A DNA stretch of 64,000 nucleotides from an uncultured Bacteroidales bacterium (GTDB lineage Bacteria; Bacteroidota; Bacteroidia; Bacteroidales; Paludibacteraceae): the NCBI GenBank assembly GCA_944321895.1, contig CALUNA010000011.1:12633-76632 (forward strand). The letters run 5' to 3'. The translations under genes were made by a program, and so were the position numbers. Each line of letters opens with the position of its first letter. Positions within the stretch are counted from its first letter, which is position 1. The notes under the pieces were generated by a model. It saw only the letters and a program-made list of their open reading frames with translations, searched no databases and was not told the DNA's origin. Shown here one piece after another: positions 39,355-49,428 of the stretch.

Positions 39355-40896
39355 TTATGGATTTATGGCCAGGGCGGACAGGATGCCATCCATGGCCGAT
39401 GATGTGATGCCTCCGGCATATCCGGCGCCTTCGCCGCAGGGATAAAGCCCTTTAATGCGGATATGTTGCCGCGTTTCCGGGTCGCGCGGGATGCGTACCG
39501 GCGAGCTGCTGCGCGATTCGACGCCGACAACCACGGCCTGGTTGGTCAGGTAGCCGTGCATTTTGTGGTCAAAGTCGCGGAAACCTTGTTGCAGGCGTTT
39601 GCCTATCATGTCGGGTAGCCAGAAATGCAACGGGGACGAAATCAGTCCGGGCAGATAGGAACATGCCGGCAGGTCGGGCGACAAGCGTCCGCTGACGAAA
39701 TCGGCCAGCCGTTGTGCCGGAGCGGCGAGTCCTTTGCCGCCGTTGTTCTTGTAGGCAAGCTTTTCTACATGTTGCTGGAAATGCAGCCCGGCAAGTGCGC
39801 CGTACTGCTGGAAATCGGCGGGAACATCTTCCGGCCGTATTTCTACCACGATGCCGGAATTGGCGTATGGCGAGTTGCGTTGCGAAGCGGACATGCCGTT
39901 CACCACGATTTGTTCCTCTCCGCTTCCCGCCGGAACGATATGTCCGCCCGGACACATGCAGAATGAATATACGCCGCGGCCGTTTACCTGTGTCACGAGG
40001 CTGTATGAAGCCGCCGGCAGATACGGGTCGCGTTGTTTGCTGTGATATTGGATGCTGTCAATCAGTTTTTGCGGGTGTTCCACACGTACGCCCATGGCGA
40101 AACCTTTGGCTTCCAGTTGTATGCCGGCAGCGTGCAATATGCTGTAAATGTCGTGTGCCGAATGTCCTGTGGCCAGAATGAGATTCCGGGCCGTGTATGT
40201 TTCGCCGTCGGCTGTTCTGCAACCGCTTACGGTGTCCTCATGTAACAGGATTTCTGAAACGCGGGTGTTGAAATGTATTTCGCCGCCATGTTCCAGAATG
40301 GTTTGCCGCATGTTTCTGATGATTTGCGGCAGCTTGTCGGAACCGATATGCGGATGTGCTTCGTAAAGAATTGTGTCGGCTGCACCGTGGAAATGGAACA
40401 GTTCGAGTATGCGTTGTATGTTGCCGCGTTTCTTGCTGCGTGAGAACAGTTTGCCGTCAGAAAACGTGCCTGCGCCGCCTTCGCCGAAGCAGTAGTTCGA
40501 TTCGGGTTGGAAACCCTGGTTGCGGTTGAGTATGGCTATATCTTTTTTGCGCTCGCCTACATCTTTTCCGCGTTCCAGAATGACTGGCTTCAGGCCTTTT
40601 TCAAGCAGTTGCAGCGCGGCAAACAGTCCGGCAGGCCCTGCTCCGACAATGATGACCGGTTCCGCATGTTCCACGTTCCGGTAATCCGGCTTTTCGTAGT
40701 GTAATTCCGATGCCGGCCGGTCAATGAAGGCATCGACGGTGAGCAGGATTTTCGGTAGTCTTGAGCGTGCATCGACCGATTTCCTGACGATACGGTAATC
40801 TGCTATGCGTGTTTCGGCAACGCCAAGTTCGGCGGCAATGGCCTTGCGCAGCAATTCCGGCCGTGCGGCCTGTTCCGGTGTCAGTATCAGTTGCAT
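39355..40896 (-). CDS. NAD(P)/FAD-dependent oxidoreductase (COG2509-like)
   Basis: 513 aa with the dinucleotide-binding motif VIIVGAGPAGLFAALQL and the C-terminal GLYPCGEGAGYAGGI block. Confidence 0.85.
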   Translation of the reverse strand: MQLILTPEQAARPELLRKAIAAELGVAETRIADYRIVRKSVDARSRLPKILLTVDAFIDRPASELHYEKPDYRNVEHAEPVIIVGAGPAGLFAALQLLEKGLKPVILERGKDVGERKKDIAILNRNQGFQPESNYCFGEGGAGTFSDGKLFSRSKKRGNIQRILELFHFHGAADTILYEAHPHIGSDKLPQIIRNMRQTILEHGGEIHFNTRVSEILLHEDTVSGCRTADGETYTARNLILATGHSAHDIYSILHAAGIQLEAKGFAMGVRVEHPQKLIDSIQYHSKQRDPYLPAASYSLVTQVNGRGVYSFCMCPGGHIVPAGSGEEQIVVNGMSASQRNSPYANSGIVVEIRPEDVPADFQQYGALAGLHFQQHVEKLAYKNNGGKGLAAPAQRLADFVSGRLSPDLPACSYLPGLISSPLHFWLPDMIGKRLQQGFRDFDHKMHGYLTNQAVVVGVESRSSSPVRIPRDPETRQHIRIKGLYPCGEGAGYAGGITSSAMDGILSALAINP

Positions 40897-40904
40897 ACGG
40901 GCGG

Positions 40905-42608
40905 CTATTCGGTCAGGATATGGGTGACTGTTTCGCCGGCAGGCGTCATCGGGTAAACGATGCCTTGCGGTTCCACGTGCACGACGAGCAAATAGGGGCG
41001 GTCATCGCGGAGCATGTCGGCGATGGCGCTGTCCAGTTGGTCGCGCCGTGTTACGGTCGTGGTCGCGATGCCGTATGCTTCGGCAATCTTCCCGAAATCG
41101 GGATTCACGAGTGGTGTGGATGAATAGCGGCAAGCGTAGAACAGTTCCTGCCACTGGCGCACCATGCCGAGATAATCGTTGTTCAGTATGACCATTTTGA
41201 CGCCGGTTTGTTCCTGCATGATGGTGCCGAGCTCCTGCATGGTCATCTGGAAACCGCCATCACCCGTGTAGAGGATTACTTTTTCCTTGGGTGCGGCGAT
41301 TTTTGCGCCGATGGCTGCCGGAATGCCGAAGCCCATGGTGCCCAATCCGCCGGAAGTGATGAAACAGCGCGAACGGCGGAAGCGGCTGTAGCGTGCAGCA
41401 ATCATCTGGTTTTGGCCTACGTCGGTTACGACAACGGCGTCGTTGTCGGTTGCGGTGGAAATCCGGTCGACAACCTCGCCCATGGTCAGCGTGGTGCTTG
41501 TCGGATGCAATTCGCGTGCAATGACGGCCTCCTGTTCATGCTTGTGGTGTTCTTCAAACGAGTCTATCCATTCCGTATGTTGGTTTTTGTGTATCAGTGC
41601 CGTAACCATGGGCAGGCTTTGTTTTACATCGCCCACAATGGCCACATCGGTTTTGACGTTCTTGTCGATTTCCGCGGGGTCAATGTCGAAATGGATGATG
41701 CGTGCCTGCTTGGCGTATGTGTTCAGGTTACCGGTGACACGGTCATCAAAGCGCATGCCGATGGCAATCAGCACATCGCATTCATTGGTCTTCATGTTGG
41801 GCGCGATATTCCCGTGCATGCCTACCATGCCTTGGTTCAAACGGAAGTCGGATGGCATGGCCGATTCGCCCAGCAAAGTGTAGGCGGCCGGAATGTCGGC
41901 TTTTTCCAGAAAATCAATGACTTCTTTTTCTGCGTGTCCCAAAATGACGCCTTGCCCAATAATGGCCAACGGTTTTTGCGCGGAGTCAATTAATTTGGCT
42001 GCTGACTGCACGCAAGTTTCCTCTATCTCTTTCTTGGGTAGATAGCTGCGGATGAAACTGCATTTTTCCGGTTTATAGTCAACCATTTCGGTTTGTGCAT
42101 TCTTTGTGAAGTCGAGCACGACCGGCCCGGGGCGTCCGCTTTGCGCAATGTAGAATGCGCGCGCCACCGCCCACGAAATCTCGCTGGCAGAGCGGATCTG
42201 ATAACTCCATTTCGTGATAGGCTGCGTAATGCCCACTACGTCTATTTCCTGAAAGGCATCCGTTCCCAGCAAGGAAACGCCGACCTGTCCCATAATGACA
42301 ACCATGGGTGTGCTGTCGAGCATGGCGTCGCCGATGCCGGTGATGGTGTTCGTGGCGCCCGGTCCCGAGGTTACGATGCAGACGCCGGCTTTGCCTGAAA
42401 CACGGGCATAGCCTTGTGCGGCGTGTGTCGCTCCCTGCTCGTGGCGGGTCAGTATGTAACGTATGTCTTTGAAATCGTACAGCGCATCGAAAATCGGAAT
42501 GGCTTGTCCTCCCGGATAGCCGAAAATGGTTTCCGTGCCTTGATGTTGCAGGGACTTCAGTAATGCTTCCGCACCTGAGATGCGCTCAGGAGTTGTTTGA
42601 ATTTTCAT
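40905..42608 (-). CDS. ilvB: Acetolactate synthase (acetohydroxy-acid synthase) large subunit
   Basis: I take the start at MKIQTTPERISGAEALLKSL (cat at 42606-42608). It has the ThDP enzyme layout with motif GDGGFQMTMQELGT...NNDYLGMVRQWQ. Confidence 0.92.
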   Translation of the reverse strand: MKIQTTPERISGAEALLKSLQHQGTETIFGYPGGQAIPIFDALYDFKDIRYILTRHEQGATHAAQGYARVSGKAGVCIVTSGPGATNTITGIGDAMLDSTPMVVIMGQVGVSLLGTDAFQEIDVVGITQPITKWSYQIRSASEISWAVARAFYIAQSGRPGPVVLDFTKNAQTEMVDYKPEKCSFIRSYLPKKEIEETCVQSAAKLIDSAQKPLAIIGQGVILGHAEKEVIDFLEKADIPAAYTLLGESAMPSDFRLNQGMVGMHGNIAPNMKTNECDVLIAIGMRFDDRVTGNLNTYAKQARIIHFDIDPAEIDKNVKTDVAIVGDVKQSLPMVTALIHKNQHTEWIDSFEEHHKHEQEAVIARELHPTSTTLTMGEVVDRISTATDNDAVVVTDVGQNQMIAARYSRFRRSRCFITSGGLGTMGFGIPAAIGAKIAAPKEKVILYTGDGGFQMTMQELGTIMQEQTGVKMVILNNDYLGMVRQWQELFYACRYSSTPLVNPDFGKIAEAYGIATTTVTRRDQLDSAIADMLRDDRPYLLVVHVEPQGIVYPMTPAGETVTHILTE

Positions 42609-42638
42609 ATTGTACAGCGGTTTTTTGAAAAAGCGCTG

Positions 42639-42646
42639 CAAAATTA
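42639..42646 (-). promoter_or_regulatory. Candidate -7 box (TAATTTTG) for ilvB
   Basis: The reverse complement of CAAAATTA matches TAnnTTTG, about 31 nt upstream of the preferred ilvB ATG. Confidence 0.3.
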
Positions 42647-42973
42647 CGAAAAATAATCGGGAATCAGTTTTTCTGTGCCGGAGTTGCGGGTGTTATCTTG
42701 AATGATTTGTTTTTATGCATGTCGTTTTCAGCCGGATACTGGGCATACGGTCGTTTTTCCAGACACCTTTGTACACAAGTACTTTGCCGCCGGATTACTC
42801 TTTTTGCAGTGGGAAGGAAAATCGGGGCAGTACACCGTTGTCATTTTACTATGGACGTTTATGTTTTTTTCTTCCCTCTGATGTCGTTATTTCAGGTGTT
42901 CGGGTGTTGCTGCCTGATTTTGACATCCCAATAAAAAGGAATATCTTTGCGCACTTTTTGAGCGTGTAAACCA

Positions 42974-43729
42974 ATGATAAACGGACGTAAAATAGTAGTA
43001 GTCATGCCTGCCTACAATGCGGAAAAGACGTTGGAGCAGACTTATTCGGAAATACCGATGGACATTGTGGACGAGGTGATTTTGACGGATGATTGCAGTA
43101 AGGACCATACCATCGATGAGGCCAGACGTTTAGGTATCAAAGAGATACTTGTGCATGAAAGAAACCGTGGATATGGTGGCAATCAGAAAACGTGTTATGA
43201 CCGTGCGCTGGCCATTGGCGCAGATATAGTGATTATGCTGCACCCGGATTACCAGTATACGCCCAAGCTGATTCATTCCATTTCTTATATTATTGCCAAT
43301 GACGTGTATCCGGTTGTGTGTGCATCGCGCATTTTGGGTAAAGGCGCACTCAAAGGCGGAATGCCGCTGGTAAAATATGTAGCGAATCGTTTGCTGACTT
43401 TTTTCCAGAATATTTTGTTGCACCAGAAATTGTCGGAATACCATACGGGTTACCGTGCTTTTTCGGCCGATGTGTTGCGCAGCATTAATTATGAAGCAAA
43501 TTCCGATGATTTTATTTTCGACAATGAAATGCTGGCGCAGATTTTTTATGCGGGTTATGAAATCGGGGAAGTTACGTGTCCGACCAAATATTTTGATGAT
43601 GCATCTTCCATTAACCTGAAACGCAGCGCTGTTTATGGACTTGGCGTTTTGCGTGTGTCGGTCGTATACCGGTTATGCAAATGGGGCCTGATGAAGTCCA
43701 GATTGTTTGACAAACCTGCAGGACACTGA
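42974..43729 (+). CDS. GT2 glycosyltransferase, polyprenyl-phosphate sugar synthase-like (DPM1/ArnC/GtrB-type)
   Basis: 251 aa starting IVVVMPAYNAEKTL, with the DD motif (VILTDDCSKDHT) and no C-terminal TM helices. Confidence 0.87.
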   Translation: MINGRKIVVVMPAYNAEKTLEQTYSEIPMDIVDEVILTDDCSKDHTIDEARRLGIKEILVHERNRGYGGNQKTCYDRALAIGADIVIMLHPDYQYTPKLIHSISYIIANDVYPVVCASRILGKGALKGGMPLVKYVANRLLTFFQNILLHQKLSEYHTGYRAFSADVLRSINYEANSDDFIFDNEMLAQIFYAGYEIGEVTCPTKYFDDASSINLKRSAVYGLGVLRVSVVYRLCKWGLMKSRLFDKPAGH

Positions 43730-44163
43730 TGCGCGATTTTCTGGACAGACTTTTCAAAAGGCCCACTGACAGTTTTTTTGTCCAGCTGTTCCGTTACCTG
43801 TTTTCGGGCGGAGTGGCTTTTGTGATTGATAAGGCTTTGTTCTTGCTGGTGCGTTATGTGCTTGATGGTGACAAATATGTGGCAACGACAATTGGTTTTG
43901 CGGTCGGGCTGGTGATTACTTATTTGCTCAGTATTTCATGGATATTCAACGAACGCCGGATTCGGAAGACATGGCTGGAGTTTGCTGCTTTTGCCGTGAT
44001 AGGAATAGTCGGTATGGCCCTGATGAATCTGTTCATGTGGTTCTTTTCTGATTATGCAGGCATTGGCAGTGATATCGTAGCCAATCTTTTCTCTACGGTT
44101 TTGGTGACATTGTGGAACTTCGTTGCCAAAAAGTACATATTGTTTTCCCGGAAATCACGTTGA
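43729..44163 (+). CDS. GtrA-family small membrane protein (putative polyprenyl-P-sugar flippase)
   Basis: 144 aa with 4 TM helices and the N-terminus FVQLFRYLFSGGVAFVID typical of GtrA. Its start overlaps the GT2 stop (TGATG). Confidence 0.85.
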   Translation: MRDFLDRLFKRPTDSFFVQLFRYLFSGGVAFVIDKALFLLVRYVLDGDKYVATTIGFAVGLVITYLLSISWIFNERRIRKTWLEFAAFAVIGIVGMALMNLFMWFFSDYAGIGSDIVANLFSTVLVTLWNFVAKKYILFSRKSR

Positions 44164-44176
44164 AACATTGTCTGGC

Positions 44177-44213
44177 AAAAACAGCCTCGCTCGGATGCAA
44201 GGCTGTTTTTTTT
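44177..44213. terminator. Bidirectional terminator between the convergent GtrA and ArnT-like genes
   Basis: AAAAACAGCC tcgctcggatgcaa GGCTGTTTTT followed by TTT. The A-run and T-run flank the stem, so it can work on both strands. Confidence 0.75.
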
Positions 44214-44231
44214 ATGTGTCGCAAAATGCGA

Positions 44232-45908
44232 TTAATTGTCCGTTTGACCTGTCGGGACTGGTTTTGGCATACGCCTATAGAAGGCAAATCCGTTTTTTCT
44301 GTACAGGAGTTCCGCATCGGGTGCATCATTCAGGAGTTGCACGCGGTTACGTTGAGTGTCCTTCATGGCAATGTAGCATGGCTTGTCGAGTTGCCCGCGC
44401 AACAACAGCTTTCCATCCGACATGTTATTGGCAGGTTGCCTGTCGGAATAGAAGTAGTGCGCGTAACTTTTGAAGTATGGCGTATAAATGTAGCAGTCTT
44501 CCCCTTTTTTGCTTTCGTAGAATTCTATGGCGGCCGCTTGGCTGTATTTTTCCACCTGTGGTGCCACAAACCGTACGGCTACGAACATGAACAGCATTGT
44601 TCCGGCCGACAGACATGCCACTGGTAGCAGGTCTTTTCTTTTGCCTGTCAGGCGGATATAGGCAATGGCACCGGCAAGGAGCAATAATCCGGTAAAAGCC
44701 TCAAAACCATGCCATGTGGCAGTTGCCTGCATGTTGCCGACAGCAAATTCGTCGGCTATGTGCGGAACAAGTGCGCCCTTGAATTTGTCAAATTGCGTTA
44801 TGGCAAGGATGGCCAGGGCATAAACGACGGACAGGCAAAGCAACATTACACCAATGTATTTGGGCAGTTTGCGTTTGCCTTGCATGAAATCCCATGCAAC
44901 GTACGCAGCCAGAAAAGTGAGCGGAAAATAGCAGGCCGAAGAGTAATGTATGATTTTGGTACGGACAATGGAAAAAAGGAGCAGTACAACCCAGAACATC
45001 ATCATCATCCAACGGAAAAAGTGTGCGGTACTTGCCGATTGTTCGTTGACAAGAATTTTCCGACTGAATGCTGGTAATGCAATGATGGATGCAGGGAAGA
45101 CACCGAAAAACAAGATAACAAAGTGGTAGAGCGGGAAACCGCCATGTCCGGCATCCTGTGTCTGGAAAAGTCTGATCTGGTAAACAATGAAATCGCGTAT
45201 GACCGAGTAATTGCCGTTCAGTAATTGCAGGATGAACCATAAACCGCCCATCAGGCATAACATTACAATGAAAACCGCCACATCTTTCCAGCGGAAAGGC
45301 ATGCTGAGGCGGTTCCAGAACAGATAGACAACAAAAGTAAGCAGGAAAATCAGAAAACCGACCGGCCCTTTGGTCAATACGGCCAGCCCCAGAAAAAATC
45401 CTGAAAGGGCCGCCATCAAGGTCTTCCCGGCCGTATCATCACCATCCGTGTAACGTATGAAGTAATAAACACCGTAGAAAATAAACAGGTTGAACCACGG
45501 GTCGATAATTCCGGACTTGAAATAGAAGAAAGGTAAAACCGAACCTGCATAGAGCAGGACCCAAAGCAAACCGAAATTGCTCCCTTTCAGCCTGCGGCCA
45601 ATGTTGAACAACACCAAAAGCGTACATATGCCACATACGGTGTTCGGAAAACGGGCGGCAAATTCGTTGATACCGAAAATCTTCATGGAAAGCACCTGCA
45701 GCCAGATAAACAGCGGCGGTTTTTCCCAAAATGTATGGAAGTTGATTTGTACATCCAGATAATTCCCGCTTACAAGCATTTCACGGGCTGATTCGGCAAA
45801 ATTTATCTCGTCCCAGTCAAACAGATGCACGGCACCTAATCCCGGCACAAACAGCAGTATTCCGATAATAATGATGCCTGCTTGTAATATCAAATCTTTC
45901 TTTTTCAT
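44232..45908 (-). CDS. ArnT/PMT-like (GT39/GT83) polytopic glycosyltransferase
   Basis: 558 aa with more than 10 TM helices. The first periplasmic loop carries HLFDWDEINFAESAREM (a DE-type motif). A C-terminal soluble domain follows. Confidence 0.85.
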   Translation of the reverse strand: MKKKDLILQAGIIIIGILLFVPGLGAVHLFDWDEINFAESAREMLVSGNYLDVQINFHTFWEKPPLFIWLQVLSMKIFGINEFAARFPNTVCGICTLLVLFNIGRRLKGSNFGLLWVLLYAGSVLPFFYFKSGIIDPWFNLFIFYGVYYFIRYTDGDDTAGKTLMAALSGFFLGLAVLTKGPVGFLIFLLTFVVYLFWNRLSMPFRWKDVAVFIVMLCLMGGLWFILQLLNGNYSVIRDFIVYQIRLFQTQDAGHGGFPLYHFVILFFGVFPASIIALPAFSRKILVNEQSASTAHFFRWMMMMFWVVLLLFSIVRTKIIHYSSACYFPLTFLAAYVAWDFMQGKRKLPKYIGVMLLCLSVVYALAILAITQFDKFKGALVPHIADEFAVGNMQATATWHGFEAFTGLLLLAGAIAYIRLTGKRKDLLPVACLSAGTMLFMFVAVRFVAPQVEKYSQAAAIEFYESKKGEDCYIYTPYFKSYAHYFYSDRQPANNMSDGKLLLRGQLDKPCYIAMKDTQRNRVQLLNDAPDAELLYRKNGFAFYRRMPKPVPTGQTDN

Positions 45909-45946
45909 GGAATATGGGTTTGTATGTTGTCCTTTGTTTCTGTCGG

Positions 45947-47764
45947 TTAATCAACCATGCGTATGGCGCCTTTGTCAGCCGAGCTGACAAGTGCAGCGTA
46001 TGCCCGCAGAGCTTTTGATACGTTGCGGTTGCGGTCGGGTTTGAACGCCCTGCTGCCGCGTGCCATTTCCTGTTGCCGGCGTTGTGCGAGTTCTTCAGCC
46101 GATAGCCGGACATTGATGCTCCGTTGCGGGATGTCAATGTCTATGATATCTCCGTCGCGGACCAGTCCGATGTTGCCTCCGGCAGCGGCTTCCGGCGATA
46201 TGTGGCCGATGCTCAGTCCGGACGTGCCGCCGGAAAAACGTCCGTCGGTTATGAGTGCGCACAACTTGCCCAGATGGCGTGATTTGATGTATGAGGTCGG
46301 ATAAAGCATTTCCTGCATGCCCGGGCCTCCCTTGGGACCTTCGTGCGTGATGACAACCACATCGCCGGCCTTTACTTTACCGCCAAGGATTCCTTCGCAT
46401 GCGGCCTCCTGCGATGTGAATACTTTGGCCGGCCCGCTGAATTTCCACAGGCTTTCATCCACGCCGGCCGTTTTGATGACACAACCGTCCTGGGCAATGT
46501 TCCCTTTCAGGATGCCAAGACCGCCATCACGTGTGTAGGCATGTTCCATGTCGCGGATACAACCGTTTGTACGGTCGGTGTCAAGTTCCGTACAGGTGGA
46601 GTTCTGCGAACCTAAAACAAGGTTGAACTTGCCGCCGGGTGCACTGCTGTAGATGCGTACGGCTTCCGGATCCGGCTGTTCTTTTTTCAGGCTGTATTTG
46701 TCTATGGCTTCGCCCAATGTCAGGCCATCAGCCCGTTTGACATCCGTGTTCAGCAGGTTTCTCAGCTCACCCATGATGTTGAGTATGCCTCCGGCGCGGT
46801 TCACATCCTGAATATGGTATTTCTGCGTGTTTGGAGCCACTTTACAAAGGCAGGGAGTTTGCCGGGACAGCATGTCGATGTCGTCCATGCTGAACTCAAC
46901 GCCGGCTTCGTGTGCAATGGCCAGCAGGTGCAACACCGTGTTGGTAGAGCCGCCCATGGCAATGTCCAGGCGCATGGCGTTCAAGAAAGCGTCGCGGGTG
47001 GCAATACTGCGCGGCAGTACGCTTGTGTCGTTATCGTGGTAATACTTGTATGTGTTTTCCACAATCAGTCGCGCTGCGTCAGCAAACAATTGTTTGCGGT
47101 TTGCATGTGTGGCCACAATGGTACCGTTGCCCGGCAGGGCAAGTCCGATGGCCTCATTCAGGCAGTTCATGCTGTTTGCCGTGAACATGCCCGAGCATGA
47201 ACCACAGGTGGGGCAGGCCGCTTGTTCAACTTTGGCTACATGCTCGTCCGAAAGGCTGTTGTCTGCACTCTGCACCATGGCGTCGATCAGGTCCAGGTGT
47301 ATGCCGTCCAGCTCTCCGGCTTCCATGGGACCGCCGGAAACAAACACGGCCGGTATGTTCAGGCGCATGGCTGCCATCAGCATTCCCGGTGTGATTTTGT
47401 CGCAGTTGCTGATGCAAATCATGGCGTCAGCCTTGTGTGCATTCACCATGTATTCCACACTGTCGGCAATCAAATCTCTGCTGGGCAGTGAATAGAGCAT
47501 GCCGTCATGCCCCATGGCAATGCCGTCATCGATGGCGATGGTGTCGAATTCGGCTGCAAAACAGCCTGATTTTTCAATTTCGGCTTTTACATATTGTCCA
47601 ATGTCATGCAGGTGCACATGCCCGGGAACAAATTGCGTAAATGAATTGACAATGGCGATAATGGGTTTGCCTAATTGGCCGGATTTCATGCCATTGGCAG
47701 TCCATAACGCGCGTGCACCGGCCATGCGGCGTCCTGACGTACTGATTTTGCTGCGTAATTCCAT
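45947..47764 (-). CDS. ilvD: Dihydroxy-acid dehydratase
   Basis: 605 aa starting [12 protein letters not shown], with the [31 protein letters not shown] and [12 protein letters not shown]-like ([14 protein letters not shown]) blocks. Confidence 0.97.
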   Translation of the reverse strand: MELRSKISTSGRRMAGARALWTANGMKSGQLGKPIIAIVNSFTQFVPGHVHLHDIGQYVKAEIEKSGCFAAEFDTIAIDDGIAMGHDGMLYSLPSRDLIADSVEYMVNAHKADAMICISNCDKITPGMLMAAMRLNIPAVFVSGGPMEAGELDGIHLDLIDAMVQSADNSLSDEHVAKVEQAACPTCGSCSGMFTANSMNCLNEAIGLALPGNGTIVATHANRKQLFADAARLIVENTYKYYHDNDTSVLPRSIATRDAFLNAMRLDIAMGGSTNTVLHLLAIAHEAGVEFSMDDIDMLSRQTPCLCKVAPNTQKYHIQDVNRAGGILNIMGELRNLLNTDVKRADGLTLGEAIDKYSLKKEQPDPEAVRIYSSAPGGKFNLVLGSQNSTCTELDTDRTNGCIRDMEHAYTRDGGLGILKGNIAQDGCVIKTAGVDESLWKFSGPAKVFTSQEAACEGILGGKVKAGDVVVITHEGPKGGPGMQEMLYPTSYIKSRHLGKLCALITDGRFSGGTSGLSIGHISPEAAAGGNIGLVRDGDIIDIDIPQRSINVRLSAEELAQRRQQEMARGSRAFKPDRNRNVSKALRAYAALVSSADKGAIRMVD

Positions 47765-47840
47765 AATATGTAAACTCCCTCGGTTTCAATTTGAATCCGT
47801 TGCACGCTGATGCGGGGAGTGTGTGCAACGTAAAACATGG

Positions 47841-47875
47841 AACAGAAAACCTTCCCCATACGTTTGAGGAAGGTT
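47841..47875 (-). promoter_or_regulatory. Terminator-like hairpin inside the ilvD 5' leader (possible attenuator)
   Basis: On the minus strand: AACCTTCC tcaaacgtatgg GGAAGGTT followed by TTCTGTT. It lies about 80 nt upstream of the ilvD ATG and downstream of a TAACTTTG box at about 47985. Confidence 0.3.
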
Positions 47876-48090
47876 GGTACTTTTATAAATATAACCGGCT
47901 CTCGTGTGTCGTGGAGCCGTCCGATTCAAGCGATTCAGACTCCGGCGGTGTAACCGTGCGGTGGTCTCCGATATCATATCACGGCTGCAAAGTTAGGGAT
48001 TTTCTCTATAAAAACAACTGGAATGTAAAAATAAAAACAGTTTTCTTGTTGAAATGTAAGAAATCTGTCTGTTGTTCCGACAACTCGCAA

Positions 48091-49428
48091 TTATCGGTCG
48101 AATAATAACCGTTTCCCGTTGTGTCCTTCTTGGATGCAGCCGTTGTTATAGACAGTATGTCCGTTTACAAGTGTTGTTACAACCTTGTGTCTGAATGTTA
48201 TGCCTTCCATGGGCGACCATCCGCATTTGCTTAACAGATTGCCGCGGTCCACTTGCCATGGGGAGTCGGGGTTAACCAGAACAAGGTCGGCGTAGTAGCC
48301 TTCGCGTATGTAGCCTCTTTTTTGAATACTGAATAAATCGGCGGGTGCATGGCACATTTTTTCCACTACCTTTTCCGGCGTAAAACAGCCTTGTGCTGCC
48401 AGTTCCAGCATGGCAACCAACGAATGTTGCACCATGGGTCCTCCTGATGCGGCTTGCAGGCAGGAGCCTTCTTTTTCAGTCCAGAGATGCGGCGCATGAT
48501 CTGTTGCGATAACGTCGATTTTCCCGTCGTTGATGGCTCGGCGTAATGCATCGCGGTCTTCCGTGCGCTTGATGGCTGGATTCCATTTGATTCGGTTGCC
48601 GTATGTTGCATAGTCCTGTTCGGAAAACCACAGATGGTGCACGCATGCTTCGGCGGTTATTTTCTTGCCGGCCAATGGTCTTGCATCGAACAATCCGAGT
48701 TCTTTTTCTGTGGACAGATGCAGAATGTGTAACCGTGTGCCGTGTTTGTGCGCCAGCTCTACGGCTTTGGCGGATGACTTGTAGCAGGCTTCTGCATCGC
48801 GGATGATGGGATGGCATTCTATGGGCAGGTTCTCGCCCCATTGGGCGATGCAACGCATCTTATTGGCCTGTATGGTGGCTTCGTCTTCATTGTGGGTTGC
48901 AATCAGGAGCGGAACCTCGGCGAAGATACGTTCCAATGTGCGCGTGTCGTCCACCAGCATGTTTCCCGTCGAGGAACCCATGAAAACCTTGACACCGCAC
49001 ACCGTGTGAGGATCCGTTTTTTTTAGTTCGGCCAGATTCTCGTTGGTGGCTCCCATGTAGAAACTGTAGTTGGCAATGGATTTTTCCGCACCGAGGGCAT
49101 ATTTTTCTGCCAATAATGCTTGTGTCGTTGTTTGTGGCTTGGTATTCGGCATGTCCATAAACGATGTTACTCCTCCAGCCACAGCCGCACGACTCTCCGT
49201 ATAAATGTCCGCTTTGTGCGTCAGGCCGGGTTCGCGGAAATGTACCTGGTCATCTATGACACCGGGCAACAGCCAAAGCCCTTGTGCATTGATATTGTCC
49301 TTATGTGCTGTTAGCAGTTCTGCGGAGGCCGGCCCTTCGTGTATACGGCTTATGCGTTCGTCTGCAATTTCCACGCTTCCGATAAATCGCCGGTTCTCGT
49401 TTATGATGGTGGCGTTATATATCAACAT
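48091..49428 (-). CDS. pyrC: Dihydroorotase (class I, allantoinase-like amidohydrolase)
   Basis: I take the start at [11 protein letters not shown] (cat at 49426-49428), which overlaps the upstream stop by 7 nt. Metal-binding [10 protein letters not shown] is present, as are later [14 protein letters not shown] and ATDHAPH blocks. Confidence 0.85.
   Translation of the reverse strand: MLIYNATIINENRRFIGSVEIADERISRIHEGPASAELLTAHKDNINAQGLWLLPGVIDDQVHFREPGLTHKADIYTESRAAVAGGVTSFMDMPNTKPQTTTQALLAEKYALGAEKSIANYSFYMGATNENLAELKKTDPHTVCGVKVFMGSSTGNMLVDDTRTLERIFAEVPLLIATHNEDEATIQANKMRCIAQWGENLPIECHPIIRDAEACYKSSAKAVELAHKHGTRLHILHLSTEKELGLFDARPLAGKKITAEACVHHLWFSEQDYATYGNRIKWNPAIKRTEDRDALRRAINDGKIDVIATDHAPHLWTEKEGSCLQAASGGPMVQHSLVAMLELAAQGCFTPEKVVEKMCHAPADLFSIQKRGYIREGYYADLVLVNPDSPWQVDRGNLLSKCGWSPMEGITFRHKVVTTLVNGHTVYNNGCIQEGHNGKRLLFDR

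Noticed and set aside
39355-40896. Gene immediately downstream of ilvB, considered as the acetolactate synthase small subunit (ilvN)
   Set aside because: It is 513 aa with a GAGPAGLFAA dinucleotide-binding motif, which marks an FAD-dependent oxidoreductase. It is not the ~160-aa ACT-domain regulatory subunit.
47786-47977. 63-aa minus-strand ORF in the ilvD leader, considered as a classical ilv leader peptide
   Set aside because: The peptide (MISETTARLHRRSLNRLNRTAPRH…) is not enriched in Ile, Val or Leu, and it runs through all the leader hairpins. A ribosome-stalling attenuator of the enterobacterial type is not supported. The hairpins are reported separately.
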